DNA from: Vicugna vicugna
Lineage: Eukaryota
Assembly (NCBI GenBank): GCA_013265495.1
Contig: MU057930.1
Location: 1,814,057-1,878,056, forward strand
Reading direction: 5' to 3'
Length of the DNA stretch: 64,000 bases
Position numbers and translations under genes: made by a program. Of this stretch, positions 1 to 11,339 are shown piece by piece. Position 1 is the stretch's first letter, and each line of letters starts with the position of its first letter. The notes beneath the pieces were generated by a model. That model saw nothing but the letters and a program-made list of their open reading frames with translations, searched no databases and was not told where the DNA came from.

Positions 1-313
1 GGCCAATCGGCACATGAAAAAATGCTCAGTGTCACTAATGATCAGAGAAACGCAAATCACAACAATTCTGACCGGAGTGAGGTGGGAAGGGATACACTGG
101 GGAGTTTGAGATCTGCAGATACTAACTACTAAATATACGGTAGGTAAGCAAGAAGTTTATGCTGCGTAGCGCAGGGAACTATATTCAATATGGTATAGTA
201 ACCTATAGTGAAAAAGAATATGAAGAGGGATATATGGATGACCGAAACATGATGCTGTACACCAAAAATTGACACAACATTGAGAATTAACTATATCTCA
301 ATTAAAAAAAAAA
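1..313 (+). mobile_element. L1 3' fragment (short ORF2 piece joined to 3'UTR and poly(A))
   Basis: 1-66 reads ANRHMKKCSVSLMIRETQIT, like L1 ORF2 [20 protein letters not shown]. 71-303 resembles the other L1 3'UTRs in the window (gcagggaactatattcaata...gctgtacacca...) and ends in an A tail. Confidence 0.85.
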
Positions 314-330
314 GAGGCTGACCATAACTC

Positions 331-375
<45 letters not shown>

Positions 376-456
376 GGACAATAAAAAAAAAAAAAAAAAA
401 AAAAAAAAAGTAGGACAATAAAAAAAAAAAAAAAAAAAAAAAAAAAGTAGGACAAT

Positions 457-487
<31 letters not shown>

Positions 488-532
488 CTGACCATAACTC
501 ATTTAAAAAAAGAAAAAAAAAAAAGAAAAAAA
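314..532 (+). repeat. Compound poly(A) tail with 37-bp periodic units and repeated GAGGCTG target site
   Basis: GTAGGACAAT at 373, 410 and 447, each followed by A27. GAGGCTG at 314, 484 and 533. ACCATAACTCA at 321 and 491. Confidence 0.9.
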
Positions 533-811
533 GAGGCTGTTAAGATTGAGATCCAAGTGAAGGCAGATTTAGCGTCTGGTGAGGACCTGCCCTTTGCTTC
601 GCAGATACTCATCTCTTTGCTGTGTCCTCCTGCCTTGGTGGAAGGGGAAAGGGACCCCTCTGGGGTTTCTTTCACAAGGCCACTCATCCCACTCCTAAGG
701 GCTCCAACCTCATGACCTGATCACACCCCAAAGACCCCACCTCCTGACACATCAGTCTTGGAGTTGGGGATTCAACACATGAAATCTGGGAGGGGACACA
801 TTTGGATCACA
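533..811 (-). mobile_element. MaLR LTR (MLT1A/MST-like), partial
   Basis: The reverse complement resembles the MLT1A consensus (ttcatgtgttgaatcccc...aggaggtggggtctttgggg...ggtcatgagg...cctcaccagacgctaaatctgcc). Confidence 0.75.
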
Positions 812-1009
812 CTTAGAAAATATTTCTGTGCAGGAATCCAACTCGTACCACGGATCATTCCAGCCTTCAACGGCTAATATAAAATCCCCAGGTCGGAAGC
901 ACAGCATGGAGGCAGGGCCCCTGGTTAAAAAGGAGTGCCAGAGAATCTGCATTCATCCCCTCTTAGAGCCAGAGAATGCTTCCAGTAGGAAGACAACGTG
1001 GGGTAACCT

Positions 1010-1330
1010 GCCGTCCATTTATTCCAAAGTGCTACGGCTGGGGGTAATGGTCATAAGGAGAGTCTGTCTTTGCCCTTATGAAGCCCACAGTCTCCTGGAA
1101 TATGTGACAGTTAATTCGAGAATCACACCACATTTTAAAAATCCCTACTGTGAAAACGTGATGTGTGGACATGCAAATAAATATGGGATATGTAGACATC
1201 CCGGGGACCCTGTCTCGTCTGGTGGTCAGGAAAATCTCCCCGAAGGAATAACGGAGCTGTCAGCTGAATGGGGAGTTAAGAAGACCAAAAGCAGAAGGGG
1301 AAAACATTTCAGAGCTGGATGCCAGAGGAG
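1010..1330 (-). mobile_element. L2 fragment, degenerate
   Basis: gcccttatgaagcccacagtct...ggtcaggaaaatctccccgaagg...agctgaatg resembles antisense L2. Confidence 0.5.
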
Positions 1331-1379
1331 ACAGGGCAGGCTGGGCAGTGCCAGACCACAGGCCAAGCTTGGCAGACTG

Positions 1380-1777
1380 CCGCAGGACAACTCCTGTCCT
1401 CCCAGAGCACAGAGGATGACCTGATGGGAGACAGAGTCTTTGCAGATGTAATTCGTGATGGATCTGGGGGTGAGATCACCCTGGATTTGCAGGGGGCTCT
1501 AACTCCAGTGACTGGGGTCCTTATCAGAAGAGAAGAGGCCAGCGGGAGACACACAGAGAGGAAGACAGTGTGCAGATGAAGGCAGGCACCGAAGCGAGGC
1601 AGCCCCCAGAAGCTGCGAGAGAGACCTGGAGCACATTCTGCCTCACAGCCTCCAGCGGGAACCAAGCGTTGCCGACACCTTGGACTTCTGGCCAATATCT
1701 AAAGAGCACATTTCTGGTATCTTAAGCCACCATGTTTGTGCAAATTTTTATAGAAAAAGCTCCAGGAAACTAAGACG
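1380..1777 (+). mobile_element. MaLR LTR (MLT1B/C-like)
   Basis: gtctttgcagatgtaatt...gagatcaccctggattt...ggtccttatcagaagag...cagcctccagcgggaacc...ttaagccacc...aggaaactaagac. Confidence 0.75.
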
Positions 1778-1799
1778 CTGGGCATTGAACAATAGCATG

Positions 1800-2285
1800 G
1801 TGACCATCCCCTAAAGCAAGCCCTAATGAGCCGTGCTAACTGGTGTGAGCTGGACCTGCACAGATGGTGGAAGACGCACCCCCGCTGACATCACATTGTC
1901 TGGGAAACGGGAGGGGGGTGCCACTCCCCTGCTTAGGCTTTCCTGTATAGGATACGCTTCTCGGCCAACTGGAATAGGAGATTGCCCCTCTGGCCTTGAA
2001 GAAGCAGGCTGCCATGTGGGAACGGAGCTTCCGGCAGCCCTCCGGGAGAGCCAGCACCGAAGGGGGACCTGAGTCCTACAACCGCAAAGAACTGAATCCT
2101 TACAATGTTCACGTGAGCTTGGGAGGACAGCCCGGGCTCCAGAAAGGAGGGCGACCCAGCTGGCCCCTTGACTGCATCTCCCCAGGACCCTGGGCAGAGG
2201 AGCTGGCTGAGATGTGCCCAGATTCCCTCAGTGGCAGGAACTGTGTCAGTGGTGACTTGTGGTGCAGCAACGGAACACAAAGATG
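1800..2285 (+). mobile_element. Older MaLR LTR (MLT1E/F/G-like)
   Basis: tggccttgaagaagcaggctgccatgt...gtcctacaaccgcaaagaactgaatcct...gtgagcttggga...ccctgggcagagga. Confidence 0.6.
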
Positions 2286-2419
2286 CGAGTACCCCCAGAG
2301 GCAGCCTTGGTCTCTTTTTCCATCAGTTTGCCCACCGACCGCCCGTGTCAAGTTGGTTTAGCCAACCCGACAAATTGCCTCAAACTGCAGGGAGTGGGGG
2401 TTCTGTGAGAGACCCCAAG

Positions 2420-3290
2420 GAAGGCAGGATGTACGGGAGGCCCCGGGAGCCCCAGAGAGCCATCTGGAGTCTAGCCGTGGGCACGGGCGTCGGGGCGGCC
2501 TGTCAGCTGCCCTCCTGCGGCCCGGTCAGTATCACCATCTGTCCCACGCGCACCCCGTGGGCCACCTCCGGGCCCACAGGCCAGAGTGTGCGATGCCGTA
2601 GCCAAGCCGTAAATGGCATCTGAGCCACTGACGCATCAAATGATAACGCTGCTGAGAAATGGAAGCAGTCACTGGCTTGTGGCCGACATGCCCTGGGTGC
2701 TCTGAAAACCTTCCACGGTGGCCTTGGCTGTCTCGCCTTGCCTTTGTCCCTTTTTCATTCACTGCCTTTCACCGACATCGACTCTAAGAGTCTCCCCCGC
2801 CCTCACGGAGGCGCCATCCTCAACCCAGATGGACACCTGCCAGAGTCCACGTGAGGCAAAGGCTCGGATGCCCGGGACTGAGGTCGCTAAAGGAAAGGCA
2901 TCCCCCACGAGATGGCACGTTGTCTCGTCTGCCAAGCCCGACCCTGTGTTTTTGCTCCACAAAACACAAAAATCTGGACTCAGGCAGGGATGCGGCAACG
3001 ATCTCCATCCTCCGACGACACGGACACACGGCCATAACTCGGGGAGGGCCGAGCACTCCCCCGACAGGATGGGTTCCAAGGGGGCGCAAATCACTCCCCG
3101 AGCAGCCCGTGAGCAATTCGGGAGGACCGTGTGTGTCCACTCGCCGCTCACGCAGCAGACGGGGTGCCCGCTGGCTCGGGGCGCCGCAGAGCCGCGGCCG
3201 GCGCCCCCCGCCCCGGCAGGCCCAGGCGGACGCTGGCCAGCGGGCTCCCCGCTGCGCACACGGCACAGTCAGCACGTCCACGAGGAGGGA
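2420..3290. promoter_or_regulatory. CpG-rich segment (CpG-island-like)
   Basis: Dense CpG and GC content by eye, peaking at 3140-3280 (gcgccgcagagccgcggccggcgccccccgccccgg). No linked gene identified. Confidence 0.45.
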
Positions 3291-5666
3291 AAGGGGCATT
3301 TTTTAAAGGTCAAATCCCTGAATTCACAGGCATACAAAGCTCCATTTCTATCCGTCAAGAGAGAGGTGGCAACCACATCCACCCCCTACCCCATATACAC
3401 TGCCATTTCATTGCTATGAAGATCGTTTAGAAACCACCACCACATTTTCTAACAGCATCCAGTAAACCAAATCCAAATGAACTCTGGGTCCTTGCGAGAG
3501 ACTCTCTCAGGGCCTGGCACCCGGCGTTACCGAGGGAGCCTTCGAAAAGGAGCGAGGATATGAGCCATTTAAAGCAGAGGTGGTCTCTTTCAGCTGGACG
3601 CCTTCACTGCCGTGAAAAATGAGCGTCAGGAAGACACGTACATTTTACATCCCCCCTGGGGCGCTGCCCTGTCTTGTCTGCTTTGTCTGCGATGGACCAC
3701 CTTTGTATTCCAGCGCGATTTGCCAAGGGGAGAATGACCTATATTAAGGGAAGCACAGAAGGGACTGAAAATCAGCGGAGCTCACAAACTGTTAGCATTC
3801 GTTAGGAGGTAGGGAACGATTAGGTCCAAATAAAATGTTTTTGGGTGCAGTTAAAAATTAAAGTTACTGTGTGTGTAAACACAGCCATCTTCATGTTTGT
3901 CCTGCAATTTAAAAACCTCGCATGGTTTTGGGGGGGCTGGGGGGAAGAACAAGGTTAAGTTGCATTCTAAGTTTATCCCATTTAACCCTAGACCAAGGAG
4001 CATGTGTCGCATTTCACCCTATCCTTCCAGCCGTGCTTTTAGAACTCCCGGGTGGGGACAAAGGTACAGATCGGAAACCAGCACTAAATCAGGCATCGCG
4101 TTTTGAGCATGCCTCTCTGCAGTCATCTCCACGCTGGTTGGAATCTCCGTGCTTTGTCTTTGTCTGCAGACTTCTGTGGTTCTCCCATGCGATCAACAGA
4201 ACCATTTCCAGTTTCCCAGCGGTCATGAGCCCACATCACTCAGGCCTGAGGAGGGTCGGCCACTCTGCCGTGAAGGCAGACACGCCCCACCGTGACGGAA
4301 GGCTGGGGGCCAACAGCTACACTCCTCACGGGGCAGGAGAAAACTGGTGTTGAGCACCTGGCCTTTGGTCTTCCTTCTCCTGCCATCTTGGAGTCCAAAT
4401 CCAGCCATCTACCCACTTACTTCTTCCAGTCTTCTTGACGAAAGGACAGACCGTGTCGAGGCAAAGAGCCAGGCAAGTGTTAAACTTCTTAAATGCCAGC
4501 AACATCCCATACGACGGATGGAGTCCTCTTGTTATTTATAACCTATTTCTGTTTTAGTAAACCCACACGAAGGGTTTCCATGCCATCAATGAAGAGCTAT
4601 CATTTCCCCTGGACAATTTCACGCTGTGGAAAGATGGGTAAGTGTGATGTGAAGTGAACCTTAGCCTAAGAGATTGCAAAAGAAGCAAAGCTCAGTGTCG
4701 TGCAAGGGTTTTTTTGTTTGTTTTGTTTTTGTTTTGTTTTCTGGTTTGTTTTGTTTGGGCTGAAGGAAGAAGGGTCAACTTCCCCATTAGACCGGCCAGG
4801 GGGAGCATGGGTTAACTGGACAGAGGAATGATGGCGTGCAACGTGACCTCTTGCTTTGAAAGCAAACAATTAGGCAGAGAGGAAGGGACCCAGGCCAACA
4901 ATGCATTACCATCTTTTAGCTGGACATTATGAGTTGACAGCCTGAGCAACATGGAGCAGATTGGGACCAGCCCGGTGTGACGAGAAAATATTTCGCAGGT
5001 CACCAAGAAAAGGAGGCTACTGGCAAACACCAGTGGAAAGAGACAGACAACTGCTAAATCCAAGCCAATGTCAGCGGTGATCGGATCGGCCTGAAGAGCA
5101 GCACCTTCCTCCGCCATCGGGCAATGTCTCCAGTGATGCTACGGTTGTTGCTAACGACATGGAGCAGCGTAGGAAAACCAAGACAACAGGACGAGACACT
5201 TACGGGGAGCAGGGGTGCTGATCTAAAGCGTTCAGGTGGTGAGAATAAACAGGTCGTGTCATCACAGGATCACGGCGGAAAACAAAGCATGCCAAAAAAG
5301 GCAGCTGCGTGATGTTGACGGAGTGACCCGCCACGTGTCGTGGGTTTTTGCCTGCACCGAGCAGCAGTGTTTTCCCAACGTTGGAAAAGTGGCTCCAGGA
5401 ACCCAGTCGTAGGAAAATGGATTTGGTTGGCTGTCGAGAGGTAGTGCGATTCTGCAGAATCAGGTCCGAGGAGCGAGGACCACGCTGGGGGTCGTGGGAC
5501 CCGCCAACAATTCTCAAGCATACGAAGGCCGAGACGCCTAGACGGACACCCAGAAGAGGAGCAGAGGCGGGGTGTAAACCATTAAGAGGCTCAAAATTAT
5601 TCAGAATAAGGATTAGTGAATACCATAGTAACCGTTCATCAAAGAGATTAAATTACAAAGTGTCTT

Positions 5667-5779
5667 GATAGAATGATGGATTGACTGATGGATAAGAGTT
5701 AGACAGAATGATAGATAGACTGATAGACAGACAGATAGACAAATAAAATGGTTGATAGACAGACAGACAGGTAGAGATA
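5667..5779. repeat. (GATA/GACA)n compound microsatellite
   Basis: gatagatagactgatagacagacagatagac. Confidence 0.85.
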
Positions 5780-6888
5780 TCTTTTTCATATTTAAAGATC
5801 ATTAAACTGCACAGGTATCTGGGTACGGATCAGAGACTTCATGAACATGGAACCACCACGGCAGACCATCCGGCTAATTTAACTTCATTCATATCCATGC
5901 AGGCTCAAGGTTCTAATTTCAATACAATGTACTTAACTTTTTTTTCTGTAATTAATTACATGATGTGACCCACGGGGAGCTGATACATAAACTGACAGGA
6001 CTGTTAACCAGGACAACAACAACAAAGATTTACTTCCAAATTAGTAGCGTGAACAGTGAAAGTCAATAAACGAAAAAAATGCCACCAGCGGACCCAAAAG
6101 TACCTCAGCGAAACACTCAGCGTAGGATGTTAGCCAGCTGCAATCAAGTTCCCGCCTAAGAAGTGCACCTAAAACTCATCAGCACGAGATAAGATTTGGA
6201 GACATGGGGTAATGCACAGCTCACATTTTCAAGTATCAATCCCGACAAGATGTTGCAGACGCACGGAAAGTGTCCGAAAGGACACAGACACCTGGGCTTC
6301 TGGGCAGAATTTCAGGTGTCAACAGTCACAAAGAAGAGCAAAAGAGGTTTCCCATTCACGGAAGGTGGACTCCTGTGTTAACACACGTACAATGTGAATC
6401 ACTGACGGCTCGGATGCGTGATACGTTACAGTCTAAGATAGTTTTGTAGCAGCTGCCATTTGCTGTAGACAATTTGGAAATCTACGCACACAAAACATAA
6501 TGTAATATGTTCCAGGTATTCAGCTGTCAGACTGAAGAAAACGAATACCCGTTTGCCTCAATTTACTACACACAGAGGATTCAAAACTGCATAAAAATTA
6601 ATTATCTGATCCAGAAAATGAAAGCAAAGGAATATGGAAGCGGTTATTTTGTTGAAGGTCTGCTATTGAAATACTGACTCGCGTATTTTGCAGGTGTATG
6701 AAAATGACCCACCTGTTAGGGATTTTTATTTTTAGTGTTTGACAGACAAAGGAGTATTATGGGTTTTTTTTAAGGAAAAGACCTATTACATTAACAGTTA
6801 TTTAAGAAATAAGGGACTCAAACTGCATGACTGATACAAGATTTTACTTGTAATTAGAGTCATTAAACATGATTTTAAACACAAGGTG

Positions 6889-7003
6889 TATGAAAATGAA
6901 CATATATATATATATTCATGTATGACTGAAAAACTGTGATGTGCACCAGAAATGGACACAACTCTGTAAACTGACTGCAACTCAATTTAAAAAAATAACA
7001 TAG
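6889..7003 (+). mobile_element. Very short 5'-truncated L1 with TSD
   Basis: L1 terminal 3'UTR plus A tail, flanked by a perfect TTAAACACAAGGTG at 6875-6888 and 7004-7017. Confidence 0.9.
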
Positions 7004-8358
7004 TTAAACACAAGGTGGATTCTGGGCACAACACTTCGACGCCTTATACGTGGTCTGTGTACACAATCTACCTAACGTGTCTACGCCACCTGCATAACCT
7101 GCTTAAAATAACAAAAGACAGCTGTGCTATGGATTTAGCAAGACAGATGTGTTTACCTCTAGTATGGGATGATTCACTGAAGATTAATACAAGTGTCATC
7201 CCAAATTACCTGACCTATGGTCTACTGAAAGATGAGCCACGGAGATGTTTGATCGTGAAGGCAAGACACGGAAGCCACACGAGGCTACTGATCAAAGTGA
7301 ATTAGGTTCTCGAATTAGCTCACAAACACACGCAGCGGACCCCATGGACTTATGAATGTGATGTGGGCAGATTTCGGAAAGGCGGTGGATGTGATTGGGT
7401 TTCACTGGTAGCTCCCCTCTGCCTACCAATGAGATCCCTGTGTATCTATGAATGAATCTCTCCGTGTACGGGGTGGAGCAATTCTCTGAGAAACTAAGAG
7501 ACGCTCCGAAAAAGCTACCATTCACAGGGAGAGCATCAAACTCAATAAACACGGGTGAGAGGGGAACAACACAAGAGAAACCCAAAGCTCCCTGATGATT
7601 TCAACCCACGTGGGTGGTGTTCCCCTCCATCCTCCGTTATTGTCTAAAACCTACCCTCAGCACCTTCAAACATCTGTGTCGCCCTCTCCTCTAATTATGC
7701 ACCGCCCCACCCCGCCCCCGCAACATGCTGGCAGTTAATTACACATTCTCTTAGTCCCTAATTACAGTCTGGGTGGTTTTCCCAACAAGACGTGAAGCTT
7801 CTTGGGAACTGTCTCAAAACCCACGTTCCTTTTGCAGCATCTGCCTTCCTGCAGCACATGGTGTGTTGTCAACAAATGCTTTCTGCTTAAATGATAACCA
7901 CACGTCACAGCACGCCATGTGGTGAAGGCCGACTTCAGCCGAGACTCCAGGATAAGATCTGGATCCAAAATGATGAGAATTTAGGCCAGCCACTTATTTA
8001 CTAAGACACATTTTTTTTTTTTTGCCACTTTCTGTCTGCACAATATATAGCATTGCTCTCCTATCTTGTTTATGTTCATGATACCAAGTCTTTTTTCTTT
8101 TTTCTTCAAGATGACACAAGGACTCTTCCCTGAGACAAGACACTTCAAGAAAACATCGGATAGGTTTCTGCATCACCAAGCTGATCATACAGCTGACTTC
8201 ATCTCACTACTCTTGGGCATAAACTGAACACATGACAAATTGCTTCCGCTTCAAATGCCTTCCTACTCATAAGCAGCCGAGGCACCCACTTTAATTACGG
8301 AAAACACAAAAACGTGTCTTCACTCCTTTCTCTTATTTACTGCTTTCGTTTCAAGAAT

Positions 8359-8519
8359 CTACTGTGCAGCACAGGAAATATATTCAACAGCTTGCAATAG
8401 CTTATAATGAAAAAAATATGAAAAGGAATATATGAATGTGTGTGATTGAGTCACCATGCTGTGCATGAGAAATTAACACAACATTGCAAATCAACGATAC
8501 TTGAACAGGAAAAAAAAAA
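8359..8519 (+). mobile_element. 5'-truncated L1 3' end
   Basis: gcacaggaaatatattcaa...ccatgctgtgca...aacacaacattgcaaatcaac plus A tail. GAATCTA on both flanks is a possible TSD. Confidence 0.85.
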
Positions 8520-8767
8520 TGAATCTATATGGTTCACATTTTAGGGCAAACCCTGAAAGCTGTTCTAACTTACACACGGAGGATGGTACAGGAAACAGGC
8601 AAACTATGAAGTTTTCCCAGAATCCTGTGAAAACTGGCAAATAAATTTGCTTCATTCTTTTATCATTTCCACGATGGTGATAATGATATTTGATCTTTCC
8701 TTATTTGAATCATAGAGTCATAACTTTGCATATACCCTCAATTTCCCTGCATCATTCTTCTTTCTTT

Positions 8768-8900
8768 CTTTTTTAAAACATTGAGCTACAGTTGATTCAC
8801 AATGTGGTGTTAGATTCTGGAGTACCGCACAGTGGTTCACTTATACCTATATATATATTCCTTTTCATATTCTTTTTCATTATAGTTTATTACAAGCTAC
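8768..8900 (-). mobile_element. 5'-truncated L1 3' end
   Basis: T-rich start, then acagttgattcacaatgtggtgttagattctgg...cttttcatattctttttcattatagtttattacaag, the reverse complement of the L1 end. Confidence 0.8.
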
Positions 8901-9199
8901 CGAAGAGCTTTTCTATGATCAGGGATGTTTGTTAACGCAGCACAACTTAAGTTAAACTGACTGACACAACATGCCTCTAGCTCATACCTGCAGCATGCAG
9001 ACATGCTGTGAGAACTTCTGCCTTGAAAGAAATACAGTCATTTTCTCTTGGGTCTGTATATCCCTCCAGCTGCTGCCTAGTTCTCTGCTCTCTTATAGAG
9101 AAGTTCTCCAAAACGGTTGTCTCTATACCCCGACTCCAATTTCAACGTTGTAGTCTCTATTAAACCTATTCCAACCGGGCTTGTGCACCTAACAGTCTT

Positions 9200-10285
9200 C
9201 CAAAATGACTACTGCTCTAGTAAAATTACCAGTAACTTCCAGGTTGCTATGTTGGTGACCTTTTTTCACTCCTCTGCTCTGTCTCCAGAACTCTCCTGGT
9301 GACCTCATTCACTCTCCTGACCTTAAATAACGGCCACAATGACTAGTCCGATATTCTTTTCTTTAGCACAGATGTCTCCTTTGAGCCACAGATGCTGACA
9401 TCCCCCTGCCTACGGGACATCTCTTCTGTGACGTCCCACATACACTTCCAACTCAAATTTTCAAACCTCAGTGAATTTTCAAGGTTTTCTCCTTTCTCTC
9501 CAATTTCATTTGTCTGGAATCTCTTTCCTTTCTGGAGCTTAAATAAGAAACACTGGACTCCTTTTTTATTGCACATCCAAATTACCTACAAACCTTATTT
9601 TCAAAATATTTAACAACAACAAGAAGAACAAAATACCCAGTGACTTTTCCTGCTCCCATCCTAAATGTGCAGTCACAGTTCCTCATGTTGACTCCTGCGT
9701 TCACCTTCTAACCTGTCCCCTGATTTCTGCTCTTGCCCCCATGGCCTCGTCTTGACAAGGCTGCTGAAGTGAATTCACCACCCCTTCCTTATTCTTCTAA
9801 TTGTTCTCCTTTTGTTCTCAGAATTAAAGGCAAATTCTTCATGGTCCCATCCCACTTTGATCCCTTTCAATCTTACTGGCGTTTCCCAATGCAGCTGTTA
9901 GCCCTCCCACTCCAGGGCCTTTGTGCTGGCTGTGCCTTCCGCCTGGGACGCCTTTCAGGTGAGGCTTCCTTCCTCACCTCCTTCAATTCTTTACTCGCAT
10001 TCTCCCTTCTCAGTGAGGTGCATGTTGACCACCCTGCTTAGAACTGCAGTTTCCACGGCAGTCCTAATCTACTTTATCCTCTTCTGTTTTTTTCATAGCA
10101 CTCATCACTTCCCCAAATAACACAAAACATATCTAATTCTTAAGTTTATTTTCCATCCCCTGCATAGAATATAAATTTCATGAGGCAGGAAATTTTGTCT
10201 ATTGTGTTGACAAGGATGCAGTCTACAATGCTTAGAACAATTCCGAACACACGTTGAGCACTAAGATACTGGTTGGAAGAATCAA
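9200..10285 (+). mobile_element. L2 fragments including the 3' end
   Basis: ccagggcctttgtgctggctgtgccttccgcctggga...tctcagtgagg...catagcactcatcac...tagaatataaatttcatgaggcagg...gcttagaaca. Confidence 0.7.
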
Positions 10286-10667
10286 TGGTAAAAATTAATT
10301 ATTAAAAGATACTATGATGTGAATGTTGTTTTTGGGGGAAATTATACACACTGCTATACTGATGTGTAAAGCACAAAAAATGAATGTTTAAAAATGTTAG
10401 AGACTCGTTTACTTGAAAAGTCGAATTTTCAGGTTAGGGGAAGTGATGATCAACAAAGGACAAGTCGAGAAACTGTACAGAAGGAGCTTCACCAGATACA
10501 GAACTACTTGAGACGTCCTTCCAAGGTTACTGAAGCATGACTCAGACGGCTGCTTCCAGTGCTGCAGGTGGCTTCGCCTTAATTTGCTCATTTGGCTTCC
10601 TGCTTTTGTCACAGGTGAACTGATATTTCAGTTCCTTTATTTGTTCCCTATTTTTGTCCTATATATA

Positions 10668-10765
10668 TATTAATTGAAGTATAGTCAGTTTACAACATTG
10701 TGTCAGTTTCTGGTGTGCAGCACAATGCTTCAGTCAGACATGAACATACATATCTTCACTTTCAC
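10668..10765 (-). mobile_element. 5'-truncated L1 3' end
   Basis: aattgaagtatagtcagtttacaacattgtgtcagtttctggtgtgcagcaca is the reverse complement of the L1 terminus. Confidence 0.85.
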
Positions 10766-11315
10766 TGTCTTATTTTGAGATGTCACCAATGAGTCTATAG
10801 CCCTTCTGCACAGACATGTAACAATTTGATGAACTGCATATATTCTCTGGTTTTCAAAGGGTTGTCCTTTTATTTCTGTCACCTCCACCCCATTCTGTGT
10901 CTACCTCCTCCCAGCTCTTTTCTCATGAAGTCTTAAGAGTCCTAAAAGATTCTTGAAAAGCAGGGTTCGCCTGTGTCAAGATTTTATCAACATTTTCTCT
11001 GCTTTACAGCAGATGGGTAATGCAGCTGCACATCTGGGAATAGCTTCTGGAGGATGATGAAGCCAGCCTCCGTCTTTCACAGGAGGACCAAAGGCTACGT
11101 TGCCTCTGAAAACACGTGAACCTCTGCTGTTCCTCAGAGAAGAGGTTTCCCTTCCAGAAGAGATGTGCCGACCTTCTCCTGGGTGCCATTCCATTTCCAG
11201 GAAACACGTGTATGATTATCTCATCTTAGAACCAGGTAGGCAGGTGCATGCTGAGAGCTACATAGAGAGCATGATCAGGGAGAGGAAGGCAGAGAGCAGC
11301 AGTCTCTTTGGTGAA

Positions 11316-11339
11316 GTGTGTGTGTGTGTGTGCGTGTGC
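11316..11339. repeat. (TG)n microsatellite
   Basis: gtgtgtgtgtgtgtgtgcgtgtgc. Confidence 0.9.

Noticed and set aside
373..490. CRISPR-like regularly spaced repeats
   Set aside because: The spacers are identical poly(A), the DNA is mammalian, and there are no cas genes. It is a patterned retroposon tail.
4558..4643. Possible + strand exon (ttctgttttAG ... G|GTAAGT)
   Set aside because: The splice signals are plausible, but the only open frame (KPTRRVSMPSMKSYHFPWTISRCGKM) is unrecognisable and no partner exons are evident.
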